A DNA stretch of 64,000 nt from positions 17,335,718 through 17,399,717 of the forward strand of contig NC_068990.1 in the NCBI RefSeq assembly GCF_001194135.2. Direction: 5' to 3'. The position numbers were made by a program, and so were the translations under genes. This document shows positions 52,381-64,000 of the stretch, one piece after another (the first letter of the stretch is position 1; every line of letters starts with the position of its first letter). The notes below the pieces were generated by a model. That model worked only from the letters and a program-made list of their open reading frames with translations. It was not told the DNA's origin and ran no database searches. The stretch comes from Octopus bimaculoides. Taxonomy: Eukaryota.

Positions 52381-52816
52381 CTACCTAATAAAAATAAACA
52401 AAAAAAAGCAAAACAAAACAAAAGGATTCTTAATGAGGTATAAAGATACTGGATTATGAAGAAGAAATGAGAATGTGTGGTATCTTAGCTATTGTAGCTA
52501 TATTAACAAAGAGATCACGTATAACTACTCTGCAGAATTTGCTTGTCAAGTAAGATATATTCAACTCCAACAACCTTCCTTACTGTTTATTGGGTGGATG
52601 TCTAAGCATCATATGCTGAGAAAAAACAGCATGGAGAGGTGTTATTAAGTACTTAATAATTAAAGTTCAAGATGTAGGGTACAATCCTTGTTTAGATATT
52701 TCATTTACACACTGAAACTTCAAGCATGAGGTGTCCACTAGTGGACAGTTAATACAAGGAACGTAATCATCTCTTCACAGTATCTGGAAGGATAAGAAGT
52801 TAGAATTTGAAATTAA

Positions 52817-53432
52817 CCCTCTCAGACCTGGGACCTTAAATCTAACTTTACTCTCCAACTGGGCTCCTGAGCAAAAAAATAATTAGTAGCATATACAGCT
52901 CAAGAGTAATGATTGCAGGCAAACAAGGGGACAGAATCACAAAAAAATTCAGGGGCACAACAATAATAGGCCTATTTCTTAACTACCATATTTGTTCACC
53001 AGAATCGTTATTTTCTTCTTCACTTTCAACAGTTTGATTGTCTGAATCACTCTCATTGCTGGGTTATGGGTAAACTCTTCATCCAAAGAATAAATATCAT
53101 CAATAATTTCCTCAAATGCAAAGAGTTTAAGCTTTACTCATTTACAAGACAAAGTGCTGAATTCATTACACAGTTGTTTCATTGCAAAATTGTTTTCTTT
53201 TTATTAAATTAAAAACAAAAGTAAACAACAGCCTTGGTGGGGGTGGGGGGGCACCGTTAACAATGAATCATAAAAACATCACATGACTACAAAGCTGCAT
53301 CATGATCAGTTGTTTATTTTTAGTATTTTATCTTCTTAATTTGCATATGTTATCCATTAGCACTTTACTGGGAATCCAGTAGAGATTACATTTATGCAAA
53401 TCCTGGTAAATCAGGAACACGGTGTGATAGGG
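52817..53432. mobile_element. piggyBac-like internally deleted DNA transposon
   Basis: TTAA at 52813-52816 and 53433-53436; terminal inverted repeats ccctctcagacc / ggtgtgataggg; acidic coding-like remnant inside on the minus strand. Confidence 0.7.
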
Positions 53433-55257
53433 TTAAGGGATAAAGAAAAAGATGCAAATAAAATACACATTTTCTGTTTTTTATCATAAAGTTCTTCAAA
53501 ATTTCTAGTCAGTGCCAACCATGTATAGCACTATTTCATTCCTTTTAGAAATCATCAGCATGACATAACCCAGTAATTCCCAACCCTTTTATTTAAATGG
53601 GTTTTCCCATGGACACCTTTTAATATGTTTATCCTTATGTATATATACATATGAAATTTTGAATTTAGTTAATGGACTTCCAGTACTACCTTTGCAGACT
53701 ACTAGGTGTTTGTTATTAAACTGGTGTTTGTTCGAAACACCAGTTTAATAATAATGACAAAAGTTATTTTATGAAATTCTTCATGTTCAAAATTAATTGA
53801 AACAGAAATATGGTAACAAAAGGGTTAAGAACCAAAGACTCTTTAGGGTTAAAATGGACTGGCAGAATCGTTAGAGTGGAGGATAAAATGCTTTGTGATA
53901 TTTGTTCTAGCTTTTTATGCTCTAAGTTCAAATTCCGCCAAGGTCAATTTTTCCTTTTTATCTCTGGGGCCAATACAATAATATACCAGAGGAGCATTGG
54001 GGGTTTCATATAGATGATTGTTCCTTTCCCTATATTTGAGGATTAAGCCTATAACAGAAATCAATTTTATGAAAAATAAATGACCATTTTCATAAAACCT
54101 TTTGTTCTGCTGCTGAAATACAAAGCTGGTTTTTGGACCATAACATGAAATTTTTATCGAAATCTCTTTAATTTACATTACTTAAAACCAGAAAGTTAGC
54201 ATTGCAGAACCAGGTGCAGTCACAGGTGGGTTGGTACTAAAAGGGTCTTGATATATTTTGATATATGGTGAAACCTCTTCACCAACCTCACAACCACCTA
54301 CTAATCATGCATATACTGCATTAGACTAGATATATATATATATTACTATCATTGCAGCTAATTCATTCATCTAAATCCCTCTTCTTTCAAAGCTTGGCTT
54401 AATGCCCAGTTGAAATAAATATCGTTTTGTTATTATTGCAACAGGTAGGGAAAAGCAATATAGGTCAACAGAATCAAAATAGAAATAAATGAAATGTTGT
54501 ACAATATAAACCTTTCAAAGCATTCATATCTTATAAAAGAAATAAATGTTTGCATGACTGGATTTCTTTACCCAGTCTTCTATATCATTTCATTCATCAT
54601 TGTTGTTGTTTAGCTCCATGTCTGCACTGATTCTGTAGACAGATGATCAAAGATATTTCAGCCAACATCATCATCCTCGTCATCGTCGTTGTCATCATCA
54701 TTTTAACAGCCACTGTTCCATGCTTGCATAGGTCATGCAGAATTCACTGAGGCAGATTTTTTTTACAGCTGGATGCCTTTCCTGTCATCAACCTTCACCT
54801 GTTCCCAACTAAGGCAGTGGTTCTCAACAATTTTTTTTTTTTACTTATGGACCTCTTTGATTCTTATTTTACTCAGATGGACACCTCTGAGTCATTCAAT
54901 GTTTAAAAGAGAATCCTCTTACATTTTTATGTCTACCATTCTTTTGAGATTGATTGAACAAAGTACCAGTCAGGTACTGGGGGAAGGGTTAATATAATTG
55001 ACAAACTCCTTCCTCCTATATTCACTGATTTGCTACCAAAATTTGAAACCTTCATTAGCAAGGCCAGCAATTTCAGGGGTGGGTATAAGTTGATTGCATC
55101 AACCCCAGTGTTCAACAGGTACTTATCAACCCTCAAAGATGAAAGGTAAAGTTGACCTTGGCAAAATTTGAACTCAGAACATAAATCAGAATGAAATGCC
55201 ACTAAGCATTTTGCGCAGTGTGCTAACAATTCTGCCAGTCTGTGGTTTTAAAAACAT

Positions 55258-55620
55258 TATTACCTCCACCTTAACGGAGGTATTGTTTTCAGTTATGTTT
55301 GTTTGTCTGTCCATTGACAAAATATCTCAAGAACCACTGGATGGATTCAGATGAAACTTTCAGGGATGTTTGGCCTCATGACTGGTACGAACTGATTAGA
55401 TTTTGGGATCGATCAGATACGAGACAAGGATTCTGGATTATTCTTCCTTTTTTTTTTTGCTTAATTTTTGAGAGCGGTCGGGTTCATTTTTAGTATTCTC
55501 GTTTGTGAGAGCAGTCATGTTTATTTCAGATATTCTCATTTTAAAATCATCTCCAGCTAATCGTTTAGAGGATGTTGGTGTTGCCTTGGTGGAGGTTTGC
55601 GCTCTCCGAGTGCTCTTGTT
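55258..55620 (+). mobile_element. Helentron-associated non-autonomous element (HINE/DINE-1-like)
   Basis: 5' subterminal acctccacc with nearby inverted ggaggt, a gtttgtttgtctgt microsatellite, 3' inverted ggtggaggt (55588-55596) and terminal hairpin gcgctc-tcc-gagtgc. Confidence 0.65.
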
Positions 55621-57153
55621 AATATTATTGTTAGTTTATAAAGTGACAAGCTGGCAACATTGTTATCAGACCAGGCAAAATGCTTAGCAGCATTTCATCT
55701 GTCTTTACATTCTGAGTTCAAATTTCATCAAAGTTGATGCTGCCTTTTATCATTCTGAGGTCAATAAAATGTGTACCAGTTGAGCACCGGGGTCAATTTA
55801 ATCAACTTAACCCCAACCCCCAAACGGCTGGCCTTGTACCAAAATTTGAAACCAATATTATTATTATTAGTTCAAGTTGAAATACCTACAGAAATTCCTT
55901 GATAGTGAGTATGGATGTCCATTTGACTAAGCTGCTATCTTGAGTCAAGCGTAGGCTGAGGTGAGCTGCTGGCTTCTGGAACTCAGCCAGTGTGATACTA
56001 AATATAATGGCTAAATATATGATAAACATCATATCTGTTCAGTCAGATACGATTCCAGAGTTTAAATAGTTTCCGGAGATTTCTTCTTTAAACATTTATT
56101 ATTAGAACAGAGACTCCTCACAGGGGAGATGCACGTAACTTGGCTTTTATACTTTCCCTATGAACTGTTGTTGGAATAGATGAAATGAAACAGCTTTAAC
56201 TCTTTTGTTACCATATTTCTGTAGAGATACACTGCTTCTGACTTAATCAATTTTGAAAATAATGAAGAATTTAATAAAACAACTTTGTCATTATGAAATT
56301 AGTGTGTGGAACATAAATTATCATGAAATTTTGATGAAAGGTTTTGAATTTGAATCCCTTTAAAACAGAAAGTTTGTATCATGGAACCAGGGGTGATTAC
56401 AGGTGGGTTGGTATCAAAAGGCCTAACTGAGGATTGAAACTCTGTCAATGAGAGCATACCCCTTGTGTGTGTGTGTGTGTGTGTGTGTGTTAATATTTTT
56501 ATAACAACATAATTAGAGCAATCCATGTTCGGAACAAAGTAAAAACGACATGAATTGCCAATATTCTGTCATAATTCCGTTCAGATCTGGCTGCTTTATG
56601 GGATTATTAGATTGATTCTAATAAATCTCCCATATTTAAAACAGTCATTCATGTGGTGCTAGTGAAGTTTGGCAGGTGATAACAGTATTTGGCAGATGGT
56701 TTATTTCATCAACACTGGAAGGGAAAGTCAATCTGAATGAAATTTGAACTCAGAAAATAAGAAATGTAACTAGATAACATGTCAGGGAGCCTAGATTTGC
56801 TTATGTGGACTACTAAGAGGTGAATAACACGGTTAGCAAAGTCGCTGCTTATAATCATCAAGCAAAGTATACATATAGACGAGGGAAATACGAATTCATT
56901 CACACACACACACAATGAGTATCTTTCATTTTCCGTCTACCAAATTCACTCACAAGGCATTGGTTGTCCCAGGGCTATAGTGAAAAACAAACGTACAAGG
57001 TCCCACGCAGTCGGACTGAACCTGAAACCACAAGGGTGGGAAGCAAACTTCTTAAGTTCACAGACATGTGTATGCTTGGTAAGTGATGGTTAGATTTTAA
57101 AGAGTATGCGTAATACATACATACATACATACATGCATATATATACATACATA

Positions 57154-57318
57154 GGCGCAGGAGTGGCTGTGTGGTAAGTAGCTTGCTTACCAACCACATG
57201 GTTCCGGGTTCAATCCCACTGCATGGCACTTTGGGCAAGTGTCTTCTACTATAGCCTCGGGCTGACCAAAGCCTTGGGAGTGGATATGGTAGACGGAAAC
57301 TGAAAGAAGCCCGTCGTA

Positions 57319-57373
<55 letters not shown>

Positions 57374-57590
57374 GTTTGTGTGTCTGTGTTTGTCCCCTCC
57401 AACTTCGCTTGACAACCGATGCTGGTGTGTTTATGTATCCGTAACTTAGCGGTTCGGCAAAAAGAGACCGATAGAATAAGTACTAGGCTTACAAAGAATA
57501 AGTCCTGGGGTCGATTTGATCGACTAAAGGCGGTGCCCCAGCATGGCTGCAGTCAAATGACTGAAACAAGTAAAAGAGTAAAAAAAAGAG
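57154..57590 (+). mobile_element. tRNA-derived SINE family A, near full-length copy (head - core - (AT)n/(GT)n - tail)
   Basis: Head ggcgcaggagtggctgtgtggtaag...ggttccgggttcaatccc (A/B-box-like), core cttgggcaagtgtcttctactatagcc, tail gtcaaatgactgaaacaagtaaaag. Further full or partial copies near 83-500, 7295-7675, 16260-17090, 19760-20065, 31285-31710, 32925-33470, 38150-38540, 40590-41435 and 62930-63200. Confidence 0.85.
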
Positions 57591-58738
57591 AGTATACATA
57601 CATTCATATATACTTCATACACTCGTGAATGTATACTAACCTATTTGTCTGTCTGTCTGTATGTATGTATGCACGTATTTAAATGTGTGTGTGTGTGTGA
57701 GAGAGAGAAGATTGAAGAGAACCACTCCTTCATAGACGTACATACTTTGCCCACCTGTTAAATATTATCTAAACAGAACATCGACAACAACAATACATAA
57801 ACACAAAGTGGCATATCCCATTTTTACCTCCTGTTTCGTCATCAGCCATCGTAATCTGAACAACATAATTAAATTATATCCGTAGGGTGTGTACAACGTA
57901 AGCCAGCTGAATGACTATAGTAGTAATAGTAATAGTATTTGGACAATGTTCATTGGTAGAGATCATACACAACAATCCTTGGGGTCTTAGTCACTAATTA
58001 CTTTAGTATTTAGGTAGGTTACTACGAAAAAAAAAAGGTATAACTGCAGCAATGAATAAAAATGACAAGTGGGCGTGATATTAGGATGTGAGAAGAAGGA
58101 TAGAACGATATGGGAAATAAACGTACAATATGAACATGCATGATCAAGGAATTTGATTATTTAAAAAAATTTTACTTATGAATGACGTAAATATATGTAT
58201 TTTTCTTATATCCACATATATACGGACATGCACATACACGTTTTTAGTCAAACATGTAACTACACACATACACTCATTAAGAGACAAACACATTAGCACA
58301 TTAATACACACACATAAATATATACATACATATCAATAAATTCCTACATTCCCTCAATTCTGTTACTGTATTGGTCTTTGTCTTTCCCTTGGATAACATT
58401 GGTGGCATAGATAGAGGCTATAGTGCATGGGCGACTGCTGGTATTCCATAAACAACCTTGCCCGGACTTGTGCCTCAGAGGGTAACTTTCTAGGTACAAT
58501 CTCATGGTCATTCAGGACCAAAGGGGGTCACCCTATATATANNNNNNNNNNNNNNNNNNNNNNNNNNNNNNNNNNNNNNNNNNNNNNNNNNNNNNNNNNN
58601 NNNNNNNNNNNNNNNNNNNNNNNNNNNNNNNNNNNNNNNNNNNNNNNNNNNNNNNNNNNNNNNNNNNNNNNNNNNNNNNNNNNNNNNNNNNNTATATATG
58701 AGAGTAGATTTGGCAGATGGAAACTGAAAGAAGCCTGT

Positions 58739-58776
<38 letters not shown>

Positions 58777-59074
58777 ACACTTTTTTTTTCATTCTCTCTC
58801 TATTTATTTCCTTGTTTCTTTCTGTTGAAGAGTGTAGGCTTGAAACACAAAAAACTTTTCCATTTTCCTGAGCATCAAACTAATACACTTGCTTTTTGTT
58901 CCTATACCTCTTTTCGTCTTTGGTTTTCTATAAATTTGAAGAACTGTGTGTACGTGTCTGTGTGTATGTGTATAGTCTGGATTTAACATTCTCTATCTTA
59001 GTCATCCACGTTCATTCTTATCTTCATTGATCCTAACTTAGAGAATGAGATGTATTCAAATGATGATGATGGTG

Positions 59075-59110
<36 letters not shown>

Positions 59111-59638
59111 TGCCAGTGCTACTGGACTGGCTCCTGTGCAGGTGGCACATAGAAAACACCATTTGAGTGTGGCTGTCGCCAGTACCGCCTGACTGGCCCT
59201 TGTGCCAGTGGCACATAAAAGCACCCACTACACTCTTGGAGTGGTTGGCATTAGGAAGGGCATCCAGCTGTAGAAACTCTGCCAAATCAGATTGGAGTCT
59301 GGTGCAGCCATCTGGTTCGCCAGTCCTCGATCAAACCGTCTAACCCATGCTAGCATGGAAAGCAGACGTTAAACAATGATGATGATTTATGTGTGTCTTT
59401 ATGTTTCTTTGTCCCCCCCCCACACCATCTCTTGACAACCAATGTTGATGTGTTTATGTCTCCATAACTTAGCAGTTTGGCAAAAGAGACAAATAAAATA
59501 AGCACCAGGCTTACAAAGAATAAATCCTGGGGTCGATTTCTTCAACTAAAAAACCCTTTAAGGCAGTGCTCCAACATGGCCACAGTCAAATGACTGAAAC
59601 AAGTAAAAGAGAAAAAGAATATATATATATATATATAG

Positions 59639-59683
<45 letters not shown>

Positions 59684-60395
59684 CACACACACACACACAT
59701 ATATATATATATCCACACACACAGAATTTTGTGTCCTCTATTTTAAACCTATTTCCAAATCATTGGAAAACAAATCTATTTCATTTCTTAGAAATCTATT
59801 CAATATCCTTATGTATTTAGCAGAAGAAGAGGCAGTCACCGATCCATTTATGTAACTTAAGAAACTTCTCATTTTTGTAACGCAAAGCCTCAAATGTGAG
59901 AGATGGTAAGAGTTGATTTGAATGACCCCAGTGTTCAAATGGTACCTCTTTTAAATGACCCCAGTGTTCAAAAGTCAACATTGACTGGGATTTGAACTCA
60001 GAACATAAAGGTACTCAACTAAATACAGCAAGGTATAATATTTGTTTCTAATTTACATACAAAGCTAGCAATTTTGAAGGGAAGGAGGTTTACTTCAACC
60101 TCAGTGCATGACTGGTATTTCATTTTATCAAACACAGTGGAATGAAAGCCAAGTTGACTTCAGTGGAATTTGAACTCAGAATGTTAAGAGCTGGAAAGCA
60201 GCAAGGTATTACAATTGTTTCTGATTCAAATTCAAGAGCAGCAATTTTTAAGGGAATGGGGTTAGTTGATTACTTTGGCCCCTAGACTGGTACTTTAGTT
60301 TCTCGAGCCTGGAGAAACAAAAGGCAAAGTTTATCTGAACTCAGGATGTAGCAAAAAAAGAGCTGGTAATAAACAGCAAGATGTGATAATAGAAT

Positions 60396-60780
60396 GTTGT
60401 TGGCACTCCGCCGGTTACGATGAGGAGTGTTCCAGTTGATCCGATCAATGGAACAGCCTGCTTGTGAAATTACCGTGCAAGTGGCTGAGCACTCCACAGA
60501 CACGTGTACCCTTAACGTAGTTCCCCGGGAAATTCAGCGTGACACAAAGTGTGACAAGGCTGACCCTTTTGAAATACAGGTACAACAGAAACAGGAAGAA
60601 AGAGTGAGAGAAAGTTGTGGTGAAAGAGTACAGCAGGGTTCGCCACCATCCCCTGCCGGAGCCTTGTGGAACTTTAGGTGTTTTCGCTCAATAAACACTC
60701 ACAACGCCCGGTCTGGGAATCGAAACCGCGATCCTAAGACCGCAAGTTTGCTGCCCTAACCACTGGACCATTGCACATCC
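60396..60780 (-). mobile_element. tRNA-derived SINE family B, full-length copy
   Basis: Reverse complement is closely similar to 11769..12155 along its whole length. Confidence 0.85.
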
Positions 60781-61439
60781 ACCAATAATGGAATATGTAA
60801 CAGATAACAAACAGATGACATTCAACATGACTAAAATATTTGAATTACAGGATGTTAAGTCCATCCTGAATTTGTAGAGGTATGCATGTGGGAGTGTTGT
60901 GATTGGCTTTTAACAACTGTGAGGCACGAAATTCTGTTAATTCTGAAATTCAGTTATTCCAGAAATAGTCATTACAGATAGAAGGATTGTTTCTTGAAAT
61001 ATAGATGCCACACAGCTAAGTGGGTTTTTTTTTTTTGTTAGTCATGAATTAAAATTACAGGGGCTCATGACTATAAGGTTGTGAGTTGGCGTTAGGAAGG
61101 GCATCCAGCTGTAGAAACCTTGCCAGATCAGACTGGAGCCTGGCGCAGCCTACTGGCCTGCCAGTCCCCAGTCAAACCATCCAACTCATGCCAGCATGAA
61201 AAACGTATGTTAAACGATGATGATGATGATGGTAAGATGTGTGTGTGTGTGTATATATACACACACACACAATATTAAGGATTCAGGATAGAATCAGGTA
61301 CTTAAATGGTAGGTACCAGGTTGGGTTGAATTAACTTGTAAACACCACCTTTAGTCGAATAAATACACTTGGTTGGGAAGTAAACCCAGTAAAATATTCA
61401 GGTTATGTATACAGAAAATTTAACCGTTATGAGTATTTA

Positions 61440-61920
61440 ATACCTAGGGGCTGGTCCAAAGCATATGTTGTATTGGTCACATGGTGTTTGGTATATTCCA
61501 GGATGTCCAACAGGTCAGGAATTCCTTTTGGTGTATTATAAGCAAATAAACGAATTGCAAACAATGGATAAATGTCAGTTCATTACAGCTGTTTCTAACA
61601 CATTTTTTAACAGATGATTTACAGTCAGCATATAGGTATGGTGGCTATACCCCTATCCACTAACTAAACTCTTAATGTCCCTCTAGCTCTTTTTATGGTC
61701 ATTAGAGCCTTTTCTTCGTTCTCTCATTCCAGTCCACCTTGGGCGGGAGTCTATATGTGTTCCCATTGTGCTCATGAATTGTTTTTCCATTGTTTGGAAT
61801 TTTATGTATCAGCTGATGAAAACAGTTTTTTGCTTTGATGTAATGTACTAATGTACTCGTTCATCTATTAAAAAATGTGTTAGAAACAGCTGTAACGAAC
61901 AGACATTTATCCATTGTTTG
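61440..61920 (-). mobile_element. Penelope-like element relic (GIY-YIG remnant plus inverted pseudo-LTR segments)
   Basis: Minus strand 61510-61441 reads GHPGIYQTPCDQYNICFG (GIY-YIG-like); 60-bp inverted repeat 61558-61617 / 61861-61920 carries GAAACAGCTGTA. Confidence 0.6.
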
Positions 61921-61982
61921 TGAATATATATTTGCTTGTCATCATCATCATCATCATCATGGTTTGAGATCCGTTTTCCATA

Positions 61983-62021
<39 letters not shown>

Positions 62022-63265
62022 ATGTAAATGTTGAAAGATGAAATTAGTGTTCAACAGTGCGTTAATGGATATAATGTCTTTACTTGTGAATTAAGGCTAC
62101 CATTGGTTTCATGTTAAGTAAAATAGGAAAATATCCCAATGTTTTAACAATTTTTCAATCTGATCTCACAGAGAAAGGTGTTTGCCTCCATTGTGAAATG
62201 AGGTAGTTTTGGGTAAAGCATTGTGAGGTATAACTTTAAAGAATATAGTTGTGTAAGGCTGGAACAATGCGAGAAGACACAAAGTACACTACAAAAGGAA
62301 AAGAAAACAAAAGCGTAAACCTGCAACTTCTGCTTTCTTTTTTTTCTTTTGTAGTTTACTTTCTACCTTCTCGCATTGTTCTATGTAATTAGAATGTTCT
62401 TTTACCTCAATACTCCTTTATTAATACCAGTATATACCTATTAATCAATATTCACAGACACCATCTGATGAGTTAGTATTTAAGTGTATAATATTTATAA
62501 ATATTAAACTATTTCTGAATAATTTCTTTTCCTCCCTCTATCGTGGTAAAACGTTTGGTATATACTCATTAGGCTATGTACCTACAAAATTTACACAAAA
62601 GCCTAGAAATACTAGGTTTTTCAGAGAAAAAGCAAAAGAAATTCATGCAGATTCTCCAAATCCGATCCATTGGCAGCACATTACAAAATTTTTCCATTTG
62701 AGATTCTTATGTGAATAGATGCACTCAACTTGGGTGTATGTATCAACAGTTCAATCCAACAATGCACAAACTCAACCACAAATTTACAAACAACAGAAAC
62801 TCTCTGAATTCAAAAAGTCTTGTCACTTTGTTAGCAACTGGTTTGAACTCTCTTAAGAGGAATGTAAATAAATTTAAACTAATATGATAAATATGAATGT
62901 CAGTGTGTCACACTCTTTCAACTTTACTCCTGACCAAAGCCTTGTGAGTGGATTTGGTAGACGGAAACTGAAAGAAGCCCGTCATATGTGAGTGTGTTTG
63001 TGTGTCTGTGTTTGTCTCCCCAACATTGCTTCACAACCGATGCTGGTGTGTTTACATCCCCGTAACTTAGCGGTTCGGCAAAAGAAACCGATAGAATCAG
63101 TACTAGGCTTACAAAGAATAAGTCCTGGGGTCGATTTGCTCGACTAAAAAGGTGGTGCTCCAGCATGGCCGCAGTCAAATGACTGAAACAAGTAAGTAAA
63201 AGAATATATATATATATAAATATAGTCCTGGACATATCTTCCTTAAACATATATAAAAACATTGT

Positions 63266-63324
<59 letters not shown>

Positions 63325-63949
63325 GTTATACTCAGAAAAAGAAAAGTAAAATTACAAAAGCCCAAAAAAAGAACCCCAGAGATCTAGTTAACATATCAAT
63401 CAATCTTGTGCATTTATTAAATTAATAAATTGCATAGAATTTAATTAAATGAAAAAAGGGAAGGTCAATATAAGACATGAGTAGTTTGCACTAGACAAGT
63501 CTCAAAAGCCTCCATTACTTTGTAAATATGATCCTACACATATATACACACACACACACGGACAGACAGATAGATATGCACATACACACACAGACACACA
63601 CACACAGAGGAAATGATTATACAGAAAAAATTCTAATGAAAGATTATAAAGGGACAAACTAGAAATGATAAATAAACCAATCACACTTGACTAATTTAAA
63701 TACACACATACACATACATATGTATGGATGTACATATGTGTGCAAGTGTATGCATGTATGTTTATGTGTGTGTGTGTGCATGTTTATCTTCCAACTCATG
63801 CCACATATACACAAAAACAATGTAGGCACACCTACATAGGAAATAGGCTCTCCGGAGATTAGAGGGTCAATGTCTGGAATATATATAATATATATACATA
63901 CATATATGTATATACATATACATATACATACATACATACACACACACAC

Positions 63950-64000
<51 letters not shown>

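Noticed and set aside
52473-52553. Plus-strand MCGILAIV..., similar to the start of glutamine amidotransferases
   Set aside because: It stops after 26 codons, has no downstream amidotransferase motifs and no supporting exons.
62462-62515. ctgatgagttagtattt...aaatattaaac possible hammerhead core
   Set aside because: A helix II-like pairing is present but is not followed by GAAA or a cleavage triplet.

Overview
Eukaryotic, AT-rich, repeat-dense genomic DNA from a gapped short-read assembly (11 N-runs). The repeat landscape (tRNA-derived SINEs with internal (AT)n/(CA)n, (GAT)n-tailed retroelements, TTAA MITEs) looks like an octopus/cephalopod genome; this is inference from repeat style. Most of the window (at least 556..52380) is one minus-strand, intron-rich integrin alpha subunit gene without an alpha-I domain. 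I assembled 14 well-supported exons plus one probable upstream exon by hand, all with GT-AG boundaries and matching phases. They encode FG-GAP beta-propeller blades, Ca-binding loops (DVNKDGLDD, DINQDGFID, DVNKDNCPD), the thigh, the genu (CGDDDKC) and calf-1. The 3' exons (calf-2, TM, tail) lie off the low-coordinate end, and the start/signal-peptide exon could not be fixed. Introns hold several SINE families, decayed LINE pieces (CR1/L2-like, R4/Dong-like, Tx1/L1-like, RTE-like), piggyBac-, hAT- and Helentron-type non-autonomous DNA elements, Penelope-like relics and microsatellites. No CRISPR array, rRNA or true tRNA gene was found, and no wholly new system is demonstrated. The most notable observations are hammerhead-ribozyme-like cores tied to inverted repeats (13.0 kb and 61.6-61.9 kb), a 133-bp 98%-identical intronic inverted repeat, a ~780-nt AG-free tract before one exon, atypical cysteines in the integrin, and an out-of-frame signal-peptide ORF upstream.
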